A stretch of DNA of 64,000 nucleotides. It comes from Octopus vulgaris. Lineage: Eukaryota. The position numbers were made by a program, and so were the translations under genes. Location: the NCBI GenBank assembly GCA_951406725.2, contig OX597815.1, forward strand, positions 140,430,001-140,494,000. The letters run 5' to 3'. Within the stretch, counting starts at the first letter, position 1; each line of letters begins with the position of its first letter. Of this stretch, positions 27,827 to 42,650 are shown in pieces. The notes under the pieces were generated by a model that was not told the origin of the DNA, made no database searches, and saw only the letters and a program-made list of their open reading frames with translations.

Positions 27827-28102
27827 GTGTACTTACATATAAGAGAGAGGGTACGTACGCTGCTATATATATATGTAAAAAAATACAAAATGGAACAACA
27901 ACGCAAAACATCGTCTTCTAAATGTTTTGCATTCTTGTCCCAGTTTGTATTTTTTTACATATATATATATGTTACTGTCTTGCATGGGCTGGAGTATTTC
28001 TATTTTGGATGTATTTGGGGGTACTTAATTGTGCTCATGACTTAGTATTTTGCTCCTTCCATGGGTATGATTAAGTATCTCATTTATTTCTTTTGCCACA
28101 TT

Positions 28103-28155
28103 TATCACTGACGAAGGGAGGGTTCTTACGAACCTACCCTGAAATCGGTCCGATA
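28103..28155 (+). ncRNA. Type I hammerhead motif within a (TA)n-flanked insert (about 27971-28310)
   Basis: TATCA-CTGACGA-AGGGAGGGTTC-TTAC-GAACCTACCCT-GAAAT-CG-GTC-CGATA. Long helix II, GUC triplet, one mismatch at the base of helix I. Confidence 0.75.
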
Positions 28156-29586
28156 TGGTAATAATGGAATGTTTTAGAAATTTCTGTCGGCTTTTTTTTC
28201 TCGAGTAGCGTGCGTATTGTGAAAAATTATATGGTAATGGACAATATGTCCAATTTTTCGGCATATTTGGCATTAGAAATTTTTTCGTTTGCCCTTATTT
28301 ATAATTTGCATATATATATATATATATATGTGTATATATATATATATACATAAACACACACATCATGTGTGTATATGTAAGTGTGCGTGTGTATACGCGT
28401 GGCTATGTGTGTATAGACACACATACACATGCTGAAATGATAGGAAAAATACAATCGACTGAAGAAAATGAAGTTTTAAGACTGGTCATGAAGATAACAT
28501 GAGTTTATGATATTAGATATGAGATGTGTACAAATGTTATCACCATATTTAAATGTCCAATTCCTGTCAAAATCCATTTGAATTTTACAATCTTCAAATT
28601 TAGCCCTTGTAACCGCCTGAATCAGATAGAAGTGTTTTACATGAGAATTTATTTACGCGATAGGATGTCTTTATACTAAGTAACAAGGAGAGTTAAAAGT
28701 GTAAAATTCATGGTTTTCGAAAACTGCGTTAGAAATATAATGAAGTGGACTAAATACAACATAGTCAGTCATTACTTAGGAAACATATAAGACTTGCTTT
28801 CCCGTGCTTTCTCTAGTTGTTTCAAATGTCCGTGTAGTCACGCGCAGTATATGAATAGCTTCTCAGATCTCTTAGCTTTGAACTGCAATCTGGAGGGAAA
28901 GAGGCAGTTGCTCTAGAATCTAGCCGATATTCTATAGAAGTAAATAGACTTGAATAACGTAAAATGAAGTGCCTTGCTCATGGATTCAATGCATCACTGG
29001 AGCGAAATCGAAAGCAGATCATTTTCAAAGGGCAAAAACCAAGAGCTTAATTGCTACTTCACGAACTTCATTACGAATACATGTAATATATTTATTTTGT
29101 TTGAGCTTATCGACAAACCTGAAGTTGTAAGAGGAGCACGTGATATATTTCGTTCACGCTTTTATTATGATCAATAGTGGGCGTATGGAATACATTGAAA
29201 AAAAAAATCGAAACTACTTTACAGATGAGCTCAACTTATCCTCCACTTAATAATTGTTTCCACATTGTCATTAAATTATTGGTTGTATTTATCAGAAGAG
29301 AAGCGATCAAAGGTGTCTCCGAATAACGATGTAATATCCCTGACAACATACAATATGGCGATATAATCATTGATTACATTTCAGTGTTTTATGAAAATTG
29401 AAAAGTTTTCAAGTGCGATGATTCATTGAAGCTATATCGATTCCTGTTTACCGGTAATACCCGTTATTTACACTACTAATTTATTTGTATGTATGTATGT
29501 ATTTATGTACGTATGTACATATGTATGTATGTACTATGTACATACATGCATACATACATACATACATACATACATACATACATACA

Positions 29587-29688
<102 letters not shown>

Positions 29689-30110
29689 TATATTATTTTA
29701 ACTTATGTCCATTATCCGGAAATCTTTCGTGGCACATTTGTGACCTCTTCAGCTTCACTTTCGTTTCCGTGTGTGTTCGTGCTTCGCTTACTCCATTCTG
29801 TTCTTCTGAGATGTGTATTCTTATGTGCACATGCCTTTGTGTCCTTATTTTGTGTTTGTGTGTGTGCGTGCGTGTGCGTGTGTTGGTGTGCTTGAGTGTG
29901 TGTCAAAGTTTTGAGCAGCAATGGGGCATTCAGCCCCGTCCTTTCACTCCATTGTGCTACTGCTGTCATAAGACTCGAGACAAAAAAAATAAAAAAATAA
30001 AATGAAAAAACGATACAGTTCTTGTATTTTTTTGTATATGTGTGTTCGCTCGACGCTCTAAACATTGAGCCATGCGCCTTCACTAAATATATATATATAT
30101 ATATATATAT

Positions 30111-30261
30111 ACGGAGAATTCACGAAAAAACAAAAGACGAAGGCAGGTGGTATAGAAAACAAACATATATTAGTATAACGCTCAGGAATTGAAAAAGTAT
30201 TTTACTTTTTGAGCCTACCGTCTTCTACAGAAAGGAACACAGAAAGAAACAAGGAGAGAAG
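30111..30261 (-). mobile_element. Diverged copy of the 50101-50309 family
   Basis: The reverse complement aligns by eye over about 150 nt (cctttctgtagaag...gagcgttatactaata...ttcgtcttttgttttttcgt). Confidence 0.75.
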
Positions 30262-30558
30262 TGATATGATATAATATGATATGTAATATAATATGTACAT
30301 ATAATATAATATGTATAATATGTATAATATCTAACTTGATGTTCATTAAAGTAATGTCTACCCCGTATGAAAATGTACTACAACTGAACCACCTAAATAC
30401 ACATAAATACCTAATCAAAGAAAATTAGGACACTTATGCAGCAGAAACACGTGTCGGATTGGAATCTAACGTGAATTTAATACGCATAAACGCATAAACC
30501 ACTAATATACAAGTTCTGGAGTTGAGTAATTCTCCATTCTTCTTTAACATATACATAC

Positions 30559-30618
<60 letters not shown>

Positions 30619-31893
30619 GCATACACACACACACACACACACACACATACATATAATCGTTGTATATCCTAGGAAAATGAAAAACGATGTTTCATATCTG
30701 AATTTATGCAAACAGTGGAGAACAATATTATAGCAACTGTTTCACTAAGACTATTTTATATCATATGTAATGCCAACTAACGATGTTCGTGGGTAAACCA
30801 CTTAACCAAAATTTCGAAGCCACTCTCAGCTATTTCTTTGTAAAAGTCACTAAACATGCTCTCCACAAAATAGCATTCAGTAATCCTTCGGTTTAATTTT
30901 TAATAGGAATGTATATTCATACAAAAACGTAAGCATGCATACACACACAATCACACAAGCGCGCGGACACTCTCACACATACACATGCGTGCACACACAC
31001 ACACACAAGAACGCGCACGTGCACACACACACGCACGCGTATACACATGCGCACACATATATATTCTATTGCGTGATCGTAGAATGTCACCATTGTAAAA
31101 ATTCATTGTGCTAGGATTTACTAATTTCACACCCCATATAACCATTATTCTTCAAACACTCTTGTTTGGATATTCTTGTTTACATATACTATTGTATATG
31201 ATAAATTTCCTTCTCCTTTTTACCAAAACCAATCTTCAATTTCTATTTTCCTTCTCGCTTTTATTACTTGCCAATTTTTCTGTTTACGTCGTATTCTTTA
31301 TCTCCCACTAAGAAAATGCAATTCTCTCTTAGTACAACACGTTTCCTTTGGTTTACTTAACCCACGAATTCTTCTTTTGATAGTCAGACAGCTACGCTGA
31401 AGAAAGTAGTTAGGGTAAAGGGCGGTCTGACAAATATTTAGATCGATATTATTCTAGAGTTTTGTATGTAGGAAGATTTCTTATATAAACATAGCTACTT
31501 ATAAAGGAGTGAAACATTGTGTTTACGTCTATCACAAACGGATTAATATGACATTTGAACTAATATAGTTCTCGCTGAGAAGAGATATCAGGTCGCGATC
31601 TCTATTAAAACAGAGTTTACTTCCATTTGGTAGTACATAGCTTTTAGCCAGTTTATATTTCCATTTTACTTTGAAGAACATGTTTTCCTCTATGTAAAAA
31701 TATAGAATGGACATCATCTGTCTCCTCATAATCATATAAGGCTTCACGTCAAGATATGTATATATATATATATATGTGTGTGTGTGTGCGTGTATATATA
31801 TAGACATTTATATATGTATATATGCATATATTATGTATGTATATATATATATGTATATATATATTTATATACATCTGTATATATATATATATA

Positions 31894-32100
31894 CTTTATT
31901 TAAAGCAGCAGAAAATTCAACAAAATCTGTTACTCTGAGTTTCTCGTTGCCGTTCATCAGTCTGATGAACGGCAACGAGAAACTCAGAGTAACAGATTTT
32001 GTTGAATTTTCTGCTGCTTTAAATAAAGCATATTACTCTACCACTGGTATTTGAGTACTCTTTTTTCCACCTTGTTTCACATTTATGTGTTTACTTCGGT
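31894..32100 (+). mobile_element. Fold-back insert: perfect 67-bp inverted repeat with 1-nt spacer, HHR-like core and 72-nt tail
   Basis: Arms 31894-31960 / 31962-32028. The right arm begins CTGATGA-ACGGCAACGA-GAAAC-TCAGA-GTA. (TA)n on both sides. Confidence 0.8.
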
Positions 32101-32139
32101 ATATATATATATATATAGGTATAAAAATTATATATAAAA

Positions 32140-32258
32140 GTATAAAAGGGGACAAGAACGTGAAAAACACTAAGAGATGACACAAAAAACGGACGGGTCA
32201 TTCGAAGCCTTTAATCTTCAGTCAGGAACCGGATCGTCATAGCAAATTTCGGCTGATT
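32140..32258 (-). mobile_element. Short TA-flanked repeat; family shared with 35630-35750 (+) and the 27864-27970 hairpin
   Basis: gactgaaga...cgaatgacccgt is shared with 35630-35750; the ...ttcttgtccc terminal segment is shared by all three loci. Confidence 0.6.
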
Positions 32259-32905
32259 ATATATATATACACATACTGGCACACTAGCGACAGATTGCAG
32301 TAGAATACTGAGGTAAATGTACATGTTACACACACACACACACATTTAAACAATCTTCACATACTGCTTATTATAAATCTATGAATTTTTATCTGTATGA
32401 TTGCAGCTGTTGAATATTAATTCAAACACCAGTATATATGTGTATGTGTTGTGTGTGCGTGTGTGTGTGTGTGTGCGTGCGTGTGTGTGTGTTTCTATGT
32501 GAGTAAGTATGTACTGTCACGTATTAACTCCTGCTGCGTGATAAAGTAGAGAGAAAGACAGAAAGAAGAACACAATGACAGAAAAAGAGAGAAAGTGTGA
32601 AAAAGCGAGAGGCAAGCGTTAGCGGAATGAGTGAATGAGAACAAGAAAAGGTACATGAACAAATTCGAAAATGTATTAAATATCTCCAGCAGTAAACAGT
32701 ACAATGCAATTTATAGATGATTTGAAAATATTGAGAATTGTAGCTGAAATAGATAAGGAGGTACGATAATTGAAATATATTACATATCAGTTTAATCTTA
32801 AATGGAAGGAAGCGTTTTCAAGTTAATTAAATTTCTTACAACCTTTTTCTATATAATTCGTACGTACGTACTTACATACATGCGCATATATTCATACATG
32901 AATGC

Positions 32906-32946
<41 letters not shown>

Positions 32947-34785
32947 TGCATGAATCTGTGTGCGTATGAATTTATATATATATATGATTTATATAGGTGA
33001 TTTAGAACACATGCACACATACATATATATTTGAAGCCATAACAGTGCGGTTAAGAAGATTGTATAGCACTCACACAGATTCAAGTTCAAGCCCATTTTG
33101 TCGCACCTTGGACATATAAGTTTTAATATATATGTGTATATATATATACATATACATAGACACGCATATGCGAATATTATTGATGATTAATATGTTTACC
33201 CATAACTTTCTTGTATTCAATGTAATATATCAGTATTCGTTTAGATATTGTAAGAATTTCTAAAGATCTATTCATGTGGATGGATATTATTCTATAATAT
33301 CAATCTGGGTGAATAAACACTTGAATTTATCTGCGCTGTTTTAAACCACTTCAATATATTGGTCTAACGTAACCACTACCGACCTCAACGTAGGATGATA
33401 ATGAATGTATGAAAGTCTTTATCATCTTATAGCAATGTCTACTGACAATGAAATAAAATATGTGTACTAAATTTTTGAAAGTGCTATGGCTACTTATATC
33501 ACAGTTGCAGATACAGGCCAACATGTATGATACAGTTCAACATATATGATACAGTCGAACATATATGATACAGTCCAACAGTATTTATAATACAGTCCAA
33601 CAGTATTTATCAATTTTAATGGATTGAAGCCTGATATCTCTTAACCTACTTACTAAAACCTTCTTACAACAATACTGTCACTACAACACCCTTAAAACAA
33701 TAACCTAGACTGGTGGTTCTCAAGCGGAGTCCATATAACCCTTAGGAGTTTGCATAAGATATTGTTGTTAAAATTTATATGCAATAAACTGGTTGTAATT
33801 TTACAATGTCCAAAATATTTTAACAATTTTTGAATATAATTTTGAATATAATTTTGAATATAAATGGCAGCACCCCAGCATGGCCACAGCTCGTGAGCTG
33901 AAACTAGATAAAATAAAAATAAAAATAAAATAATAATTCCTAATAATGTTTAATTATAAAAAATATAATTTGATGAATCTTTTCTGCTTAGCTGCCAATT
34001 TTCAGTCTTTCAATTCCTGCTCGAATTGATTTCATATTCGGTGTAATGGTATGTTTTCATATGCTAATTACTGCTTTGAAATTCATTTTCGCGATAAATC
34101 AATAAATAAAATGTTATTAGCTTTTTAATTTTTTATTTTAGCCAACCGTAAACCACATAGACAATCATGCTTGTTTCCATAATAACAAGTCTAACATAAG
34201 AACTCTTTTATCTGCGAGATAGCACGTGTTGATAGATATATTCTACGCGAAAGCATGTGCATCGATGCTTTATTCTGCTGTTTGCGCTCATCTGCTGGTC
34301 GAGAGATGTGCTAAAAATAACAGCCAAATAGGCCTTAAATCATGCACCCTCCAATTTCATTTTGCTTTTGCTTTTGCATAATCCTAAGAATTCTCGAGTG
34401 CAGAATACAAATTCGCAAACATTTTCTGAAAATCATGAAGTTATGAGGAGTTATACATCGTGCGTAAAGCAGAATGTGAATTATTTAGCTTCATATTAAA
34501 ACACGTCACCCACAAAATGACAGCTTCAAAATCCTGTTTCCTGACTGGGTTAAAAAGATCAAACATTAAACATCTATAACTTAACAAAAAAAAAAAAAAA
34601 AGAAAAATTTTAGAAAAAGGGAAATATCTCCTGAAATTCAGCTTGGGAATCTACATAAATGTAGTAAATTTTTAAACTTTCAGTAAGCTTTGAATTTTCG
34701 GAAATTGGTAGCCAAGCTAAAAATATCCAAATTGATTTTTTTAATGGCTATGAGGATACAGTAGAGTAAAATAGGAACCAAAGGA

Positions 34786-34873
<88 letters not shown>

Positions 34874-34878
34874 GTCTG

Positions 34879-34936
<58 letters not shown>

Positions 34937-35861
34937 AGTCTGTCTGTCTGTCTGTCTTTCTCTGATTGTTCGTCTGTGTGTTCGTCCGCTTATTTGTTTG
35001 TTTGTCTATGTATATGGCGGCGCATGTACACTTTGGTCTCTTATATGTAAGCACGTATTTCTAAAATTTGTACGACTCTATTATTCTTTTATTCTTTCCT
35101 TCTTTCTATCAGCCCCTTCACACTTACTTCGTTCTTTCTACTCTTCTTGTTTCGTACCCCCTCTCACACATTTCCTGGCTTCCTCTTCACTCTCACCTTC
35201 CCTCCTCTTTCACTTCACTCAGTCCGTTGTCTTTTTTCTCGTCCCTCTCTAATTCTTGTATCCCTCTGCCTCTACTTCTCTTCCTCCTCTCTCCACGTGA
35301 TCAGTATTCGGCCAAGCCTAGCCTTTCTTTCTTGGTTCGACTATCATCTGTGCAACATCTATATTCCTCCCTATGTCTGTCATTTCTTATGTCCCTGCCA
35401 TAAGGCTACACTTCCACACACACCAGCTTATTTTAATTCGTACTTAATTGAAAGACACCTGTTGTTAATGTCCTTATTTGTATTTGTATTTGTGTAGTAT
35501 TTTCCAGATTTTTTCCCGTCCTTGTTTACGTATACATTCACTGATTTCTTCCAAGGAGTATAGTACTCTTAGCTTAGTTTTTCCTTCGAGCTGGCCAGAT
35601 TGGAGTAATCTTGAGTATAACAAACCAAAATTGAAAAGATAATCTGGAACTCGACTGAAGAAATAAAACTCCGAATGACCCGTTCTTGTTTTTTTATCGC
35701 CTGTCTGGATGTTTTGCGATCTTGTCCCATTTTTGATATTCTTTTACATATATGTGTGTGTGTGGGTGTGTGTATATATATATATATACATACATATATA
35801 AATATATATATTTATCTATATCTATATCTATCTCTCTATCTATCTATCTCTCTCTCACTCA

Positions 35862-35917
<56 letters not shown>

Positions 35918-36576
35918 GCCTCTCTGTGTCTCTGTCTATCATTATTTCCTTAGGTGTCTATAAACACATACTCCCTCTGTTTATGTACTCGTATATTGGG
36001 ATGGTGTATGTTTATAGATGTTTACACTTAAATATTCGGAAATAAGACTTCATTGCTATGGGCATGCAATGCTTCAGACAGTTTTATACACCAGTGTTGT
36101 CTCGTTATTATATTTTGTATTAGTTCGTTACAGTTTTTTAAAAATATTGTTTATATCTAATTTCCTTTCGTTTCTATGATTTCTCTATATTCTTTTCTCT
36201 CCTGTTATTCAACATTTGTATCGCTTGGTCTTAGATATTTTCACATCAGCGAATTAACGTCGACCGCAGCATAGATTTTTTTGTAGACCATCGCAGCAAG
36301 TTGCTCGCGGTAAATTGAAAAGCTGTTTGTCTTGTTCGTACTTAACATTTTTCACAGTCAGTTTCAATTTTCCCCATTCTAACGCCATTTGTTTGGTAGT
36401 TAAATAACTGTGAGACTTCCAAATAATTTTCATGCCAGAGACTGTCCACACATTTGTATGAGATCACAGGAATTTGGAAAATTGATTATATTGATTTTTG
36501 TCTGTGTATACAGATTGGCACATGATTCGTCAGACATATTACATACACATATATACACACATGTACATGTATACAT

Positions 36577-36623
<47 letters not shown>

Positions 36624-38050
36624 ATATATATATATATACACAATATATATATACACAATATATATATACACACAATATATATATATATACACATACAAAT
36701 GCATACACACATATACACATATACATATATACGCGCATGTGTGTGCATATACATGTACACATATGCCTATTATGTGTATATTTATATATATAATCTAATG
36801 TTATTATTTATAAATTTAAGATATTTCTTTTTTGAGAAGATTGTTTCAGAAATAAACTATCGCATACAGGCATACGTACATGCACAAGTGCTCAATGTGA
36901 ACAATCGCACAAGTGTCATAGCTGTGAATTTGCGATTGATATTATCTTTCATATTAATATCAGAATATAAATATTATTAAATAACTGCTTATTATTTTAA
37001 TGATATCCCTTAAAGAAACCCTTTTAGTATGGTTAGATTAAAATATGTATCAAATTTGAATTTATCCTACGGAAATTGATGATAAACAAATAAACCAGGA
37101 CATATCATCAACGTCACCGGGGAAGAAAAACCAGCAACAACAAATGTGAACCGATAGAAGAAGCCAAAACTCTTAGGTATATTTGTGTTGGGGTTATAAA
37201 TCCAGTAATTATTTTGCTACAAAATACTCCTGTTGGCGGTATGAATAGAATGAAAACAGGCTAAGATTAATAGAAACCACGGCAAAACAATTAAAACAAC
37301 AAGCAACCTTTGGCAGCAAAAACAGAGTGGTGATTATAATTTGATTTTTAAAATCGAGAATAGTGATCTTATCTCTCAAAGTGTAAATAACACGCAAAAG
37401 AATTAACACAACGTGGACTCTCTTCTGAGCAATTAGATATTGTGTTAATTTATTTCTTATGGACGATGAAACCATTTAGAACAGAACAGAAACTTAGAGC
37501 CAAGTGACTCATGGTAAGGTCAATCACAGATACCAATTTGTCAATGATAGGAGTTGCTGCTGTAAAACTAAGTGCCTTTGTGGGGTGTCAGTCAGCTAAT
37601 GATGACCATATATATGCACCTATGTTCCCAGGCTTACGCGGGATAGTTTTTCTTTGAAACATTTCCCAATAATACGTTTAAGTTATTCATGATATGCACT
37701 TTCCCAGCTCATTTACCATCGTAATGGTTGTTACTATCACCAACAACTGTTTGTTTGTAAAACCATGCTTAAATGTCATTGTGATAGACGAATTCTGGTC
37801 TTTTATGATAAGAGTTACAGGCAAGTGTGTTCCAGGAGCATGTTCATGTAATTGCAATACGCACAGTTCTCTCCCCCTTTGGGAATAAAATTACAATAAT
37901 CATTTCTCCCCTTGGATCAACAAATGTTGCTTCTTGATGTAATTGTTTCATCATGATATAATTTAGCTCTGGGAGAAGTTGTAATTAAGATATATGCATG
38001 TATATGTGTTCTTGGGAATTTACGAATGTATGCATGTACATTTATATGTA

Positions 38051-38146
<96 letters not shown>

Positions 38147-38769
38147 TATATACATATATATACATATATATATATATATACACATATATATACATATATA
38201 TACATATATATATATACGTAGTATACACAAATACACAAAATTGAGTGAGAGAGAGTTAGAGAAAGAGGGAGAGAGATAGATAGATTGAGAGAGAGATATA
38301 ATATATATATATCCAATCTCCTGTTGGTGACACAGGCACAGTTTCGATGGGAATATAGGAAAAGCAGATCTATTTATGAAGTAATTGTTTTTGGTGAGTT
38401 TGAGACTTGTTATTAATTTTCCTAATGTGTAACTAAAGGTTATCGAATGGAAATGATTATACAATACAAAATGCGTAAATGCGTAGAGAATCCATACGTC
38501 AGCATTATTTAATGAGAATGAGAATATCATTCTGTCTATAACAATGTGCGAAGACGTTTTGTTTCGGTAATTAAAGCATTTAAGTCTTAAGATCAGTGTG
38601 AAACTAATTGGGTAATATCCTCTAAATGTATTGAGCACTCTTCTTTACTTTATATGAACATCAGCTACATAAACCAATTTACACATGTATGTATGTATGT
38701 ATGCATGTATGTATGTATGTATGTATGTATGTATGTATGTATGTATGTATGTATGTATGTATATATATA

Positions 38770-39182
38770 CTCTCTTACTCTTTTACTTGTTTCAGTCATT
38801 TGACTGCGGCCATGCTGGAGCACCGCCTTTAGTCGAGCAAATCGACCGCGGGACTTATTCTTTTGTAAGCCCAGTACTTATTCTATCGGTCTCTTTTGCC
38901 GAACCGCTAAGTGACGGGGACGTAAACACACCAGCATCGGTTGTCAAGCAATGCTAGAGGGACAAACACAGGCACACAAACATATACATACACATACATA
39001 CATATATATACATATATACGACAGGCTTCTTTCAGTTTCCGTCTACCAAATCCACTCACAAGGCTTTGGTCGGCCCGAGGCTATAGCAGAAGACACTTGT
39101 CCAAGATGCCACACAGTGGGACTGAACCCGGAAACATGTGGTTGGTTAGCAAGCTACTTACCACACAGCCACTCCTGCGCCT
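38770..39182 (-). mobile_element. tRNA-derived SINE family B (near full length)
   Basis: Head ggcgcaggagtggctgtgtggtaag...ggttcagtccc; body ccgaccaaagccttgtgagtggatttggtagacgg; tail gctccagcatggccgcagtcaaatgactgaaac. Confidence 0.85.
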
Positions 39183-39589
39183 ATATATATTTAAACTTCA
39201 TAAATAATAATAGGGTAATAAGAATTATAGAAATTTTTATTACCAGTGGCCTAGCACAAAAAATTAGTCAATAAACTATATATTATTCATATAAAATTAT
39301 CGTGTACATTAGAACACATTAAGATGCTTCCAAATAGGAAAGCCTTGTGCTAGAAAGAGCAGTAGAAACCTCAAACCAATAATTATGAATAAATTCTCGA
39401 AAGGATTGAAAATTAAAAACGTTTACCATCTAATTTAGTTCCTAGACCATGGTTTCTAACTCATTCCAGTAAAAAAAATATTCACTGAGGCTATTTTCGT
39501 CAGTAGGAAGCCTTTAGATTTCAAATATAAACACAACTAGATTCGCATGTAAACCAGTTACCTTTATATCATAATTTTTCAAAACAACC

Positions 39590-40070
39590 AGTTCGATGCA
39601 GTTGATGACTGCGTAACACCTTGGGCAAGTGTCTTCTTCTGTAGTCGCGGGCCGACCCAAAACTTGTGAGTGGGTCTGGTAGACGGAAACTGAAAGATTC
39701 CCGTCGTATAGATATATATGTATAGGCTTGTGTGTCTGTGTTTGTCATCCCCCAACCCCACCATCGCTCGACTACCGATGTTGATGTTTTTACGTGCCCG
39801 TAACTTAGCGGTTCGGCTAAGCGGCCTTATTACAAAGCGTAACATAGCGGACTTATTACAAAGAATAAGTCGTGGGATCGTTTTGTTCGACTAAAGGCGA
39901 TGCTCCAGCATGGCCGCTGTCAAATGACTGAAACAAGGAGTTTGACATAAAAAACCGATAGAATAAGTGCTAGGTTTACCAAGAATATGTCCTGGGATCG
40001 ATATGTTCGACTAAAGGCTGCATTCTAAAGGCATGGCCGCAGTCAAATGGCTGAAACAAATTAAAAGAAA
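39590..40070 (+). mobile_element. SINE family B copy with duplicated tail
   Basis: The body matches; the tail gcatggccgc..tcaaatg.ctgaaacaa occurs twice. Confidence 0.75.
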
Positions 40071-41429
40071 ACAACGAAAATAAAATATACACACGCACTC
40101 ATACACAGACATAGACACACATGCACACATATATGAATATACTCAAAGACTGTTTTATAAGTGCAGTGCGAGAAGCTTTCAACCCGTGGGTTATTTATGG
40201 AATGTTACATCCGAAACGATGAATAAGCCTTCGTGTTTGTGTGTGTGCGTGTGTGTACTTGTGTGTGCGTGTTTGCGTGCGTGTGTGCGTGCGTGAGTAT
40301 TGTGTTTGTGTATGTGTTTGCACGCACATGTATACGCCTTATATGTACATAGAACAGTAGAGTCTAAGGAGACGTAATTATAGTCTATGTGATAAATTAA
40401 AGAGTTTAAATGTCGAAGTAATTTCTTTGAGACGTTAGTTATGGTTCTTTCGCATGGAAAACCAATTTATCATGCCTCTATCTGAATTGTTTCGCTTACT
40501 CTTTTAGTTGATAAGCAGTACCATAATCAAAGGACCATTAAAACAGCCAAACGTCTCCCCAACACTGAAGTACGACTGTCAGATGCATATTTACATTCAA
40601 ATACTTCACCCACATCCTCTTTTCCTAGCACCAAGGTTTTGTGCTTTCTTTACACAGCCTCTATGCTATGCTATCAACCTTCCTGCACTGAAAGCTGTTT
40701 GTGATGAAAAGTAACTAGAAGCTTCTTCTGTTGATATAACAACATGATATTCAAATATTTCTCCATAGAGAAAAAGCTGACTGAAGATTAATAAATATGG
40801 AAGACTTTTGTTTAATATATATATATAGAGGAAAAACCCCCACCACCACCACCACCACCACCATCACCACAACCTCCACTACCACTAACACTAATAACAG
40901 CAAAAACAACAACAACAACACCAACAACAATAACAAGAAAGCTTGTAAGGTAGTGTTTATTTAGCTTGCTGGAATTTCCTGAAGATGAGATGACAAATAC
41001 ATTATGAGAATGTCAAAATGTCAAATATGAAGTGAATGGTCGAAGCTTGTGTGTTTTATCTAAGACTTGGCAGATTCAATTCTGGACAGAATATAATATC
41101 ATAATAGTTGAATATATAAATGGAAGTTATGTATCATGGAAGTTCGGGTCACATCACTCTGTAAACATGACAGTGTAATTTTCATCAAGGTGCCTAATTC
41201 TACTTGCTAGAATGATCGATGAACATCTCTCGAATAACAGATTGTGCAGTATTTCTATAGAATATCTGGAACTATCTCAGAATGTTTATTGCTGCAATAT
41301 ATACATTTATGAATATTATTTGCCAATATTTATTTCGCTGCTATTACTTTATCTATAATTTGTTACGAGGACAATATCGACTACATGAGAAAATGGAAGT
41401 ACAATGATTAGGATTAAATATTTCTGCAG

Positions 41430-41748
41430 TGACGATGATGAAAATGATGATGATGATGATTATGATGATGATGAGGATGATGATGAAAAAATATTAATAA
41501 TGATAGTGCGAGCAAAGATAATCAAGATGACGACAGCTACAAGAACGAAAAGTTGATAATGATGACAACAGTGACGTTGATGATGAGGATGAGGATGCGG
41601 ATGAGATGACGATGATGATGATGACGATGAGAAAATAATAATAATGGTAGTTAGTGCTAGCAATGATAAACAAGATGACGACAGCTACAACAACGTAGGA
41701 ATGATAATGATGACAACAACGACGTTGTTATTGTTGTTGTTGTTGATA

Positions 41749-41790
<42 letters not shown>

Positions 41791-42025
41791 AAAACATGAG
41801 AGTGAAGTGGGAGCAGGATAGTAATAATAAAAATAACAAAATTAATGATGATAATGATAGAGTTATGATGATGTTAACAATGGAATTAATGATGGAGTTA
41901 GTGGTGCGCATATGTTGATCTTGTTGGTGCTGAAGTTGACGACGGCGGCGCTGACCGCGACGAAGACAACGATGATGTGAGGCTGATGACGACGCTAGCA
42001 ACGATGGGATTATTGGCAATAATGA
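41430..42025. repeat. Degenerate (GAT)n low-complexity region with an internal ~130-bp duplication
   Basis: caagatgacgacagctacaa occurs at about 41523 and 41671. Confidence 0.8.
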
Positions 42026-42199
42026 TTGTGATGTTACTACAGCTCTATCCAGGAACCCTTCCGTTTAACTAGAACTATATTTAACAACACACTCCTAATC
42101 CATCTCCCAACTTGATAGAAATAGAAACCAAATCACGCCGCTAGGAATGAAGTTGCGCCAGACATGGTCGTTTTAGATATACTATAACTGAATATATGG

Positions 42200-42650
42200 A
42201 GGAAGGCGCGTGGCTTAGCAGTTAGGGTGTTGAACTGATGATCGTAAGGTTGTGGTATTGATTCTTGGACCGGGCTATGCGTTGTGTTCTTGAGCAAAAC
42301 ACTTCATTTCACGTCCAGGCAGGGAATCTTTACACCACTGAAGCCGGGAGACCGGCCCTTATGAGCCTGGTATGGCTCGAGAAGGAAAATATGTGGAGGC
42401 GTGTGGCTTAGTGGTTAGTGTGTCTGCTTCCTGATCGTAAGATTGTGGTTTCGATTCCTGGAGCGGGCGACGCGTTGTGTTCTTGAGCAAAACACTTCGT
42501 TTCACGTTACTCTAGTCCACTCAGCTGGCAAAACTTAGTAACGCTGCGATGGACTGACGTCCCATCCAGCTGGGGAACACATACGCCATTGAAACCGGGA
42601 AACCAGGCCCATGAGCATGGCTAGGCTTTAAAAGGGCGCATTTATTTATT
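42200..42650 (+). mobile_element. Two adjacent SINE family C copies (about 42200-42390 and 42393-42650)
   Basis: ggcgcgtggcttag...gttgtgttcttgagcaaaacactt occurs twice. Confidence 0.8.

Noticed and set aside
29715-29756. Minus-strand CTGAAGA-GGTCAC...GAAAGATTTC
   Set aside because: Helix I and helix III do not pair convincingly.
33711-34790. Possible hAT-type MITE starting ctggtggttctcaa
   Set aside because: I found no matching right TIR or 8-bp TSD.
42200-42470. tRNA-like A/B boxes
   Set aside because: These are SINE heads continuing into SINE bodies; no complete cloverleaf.
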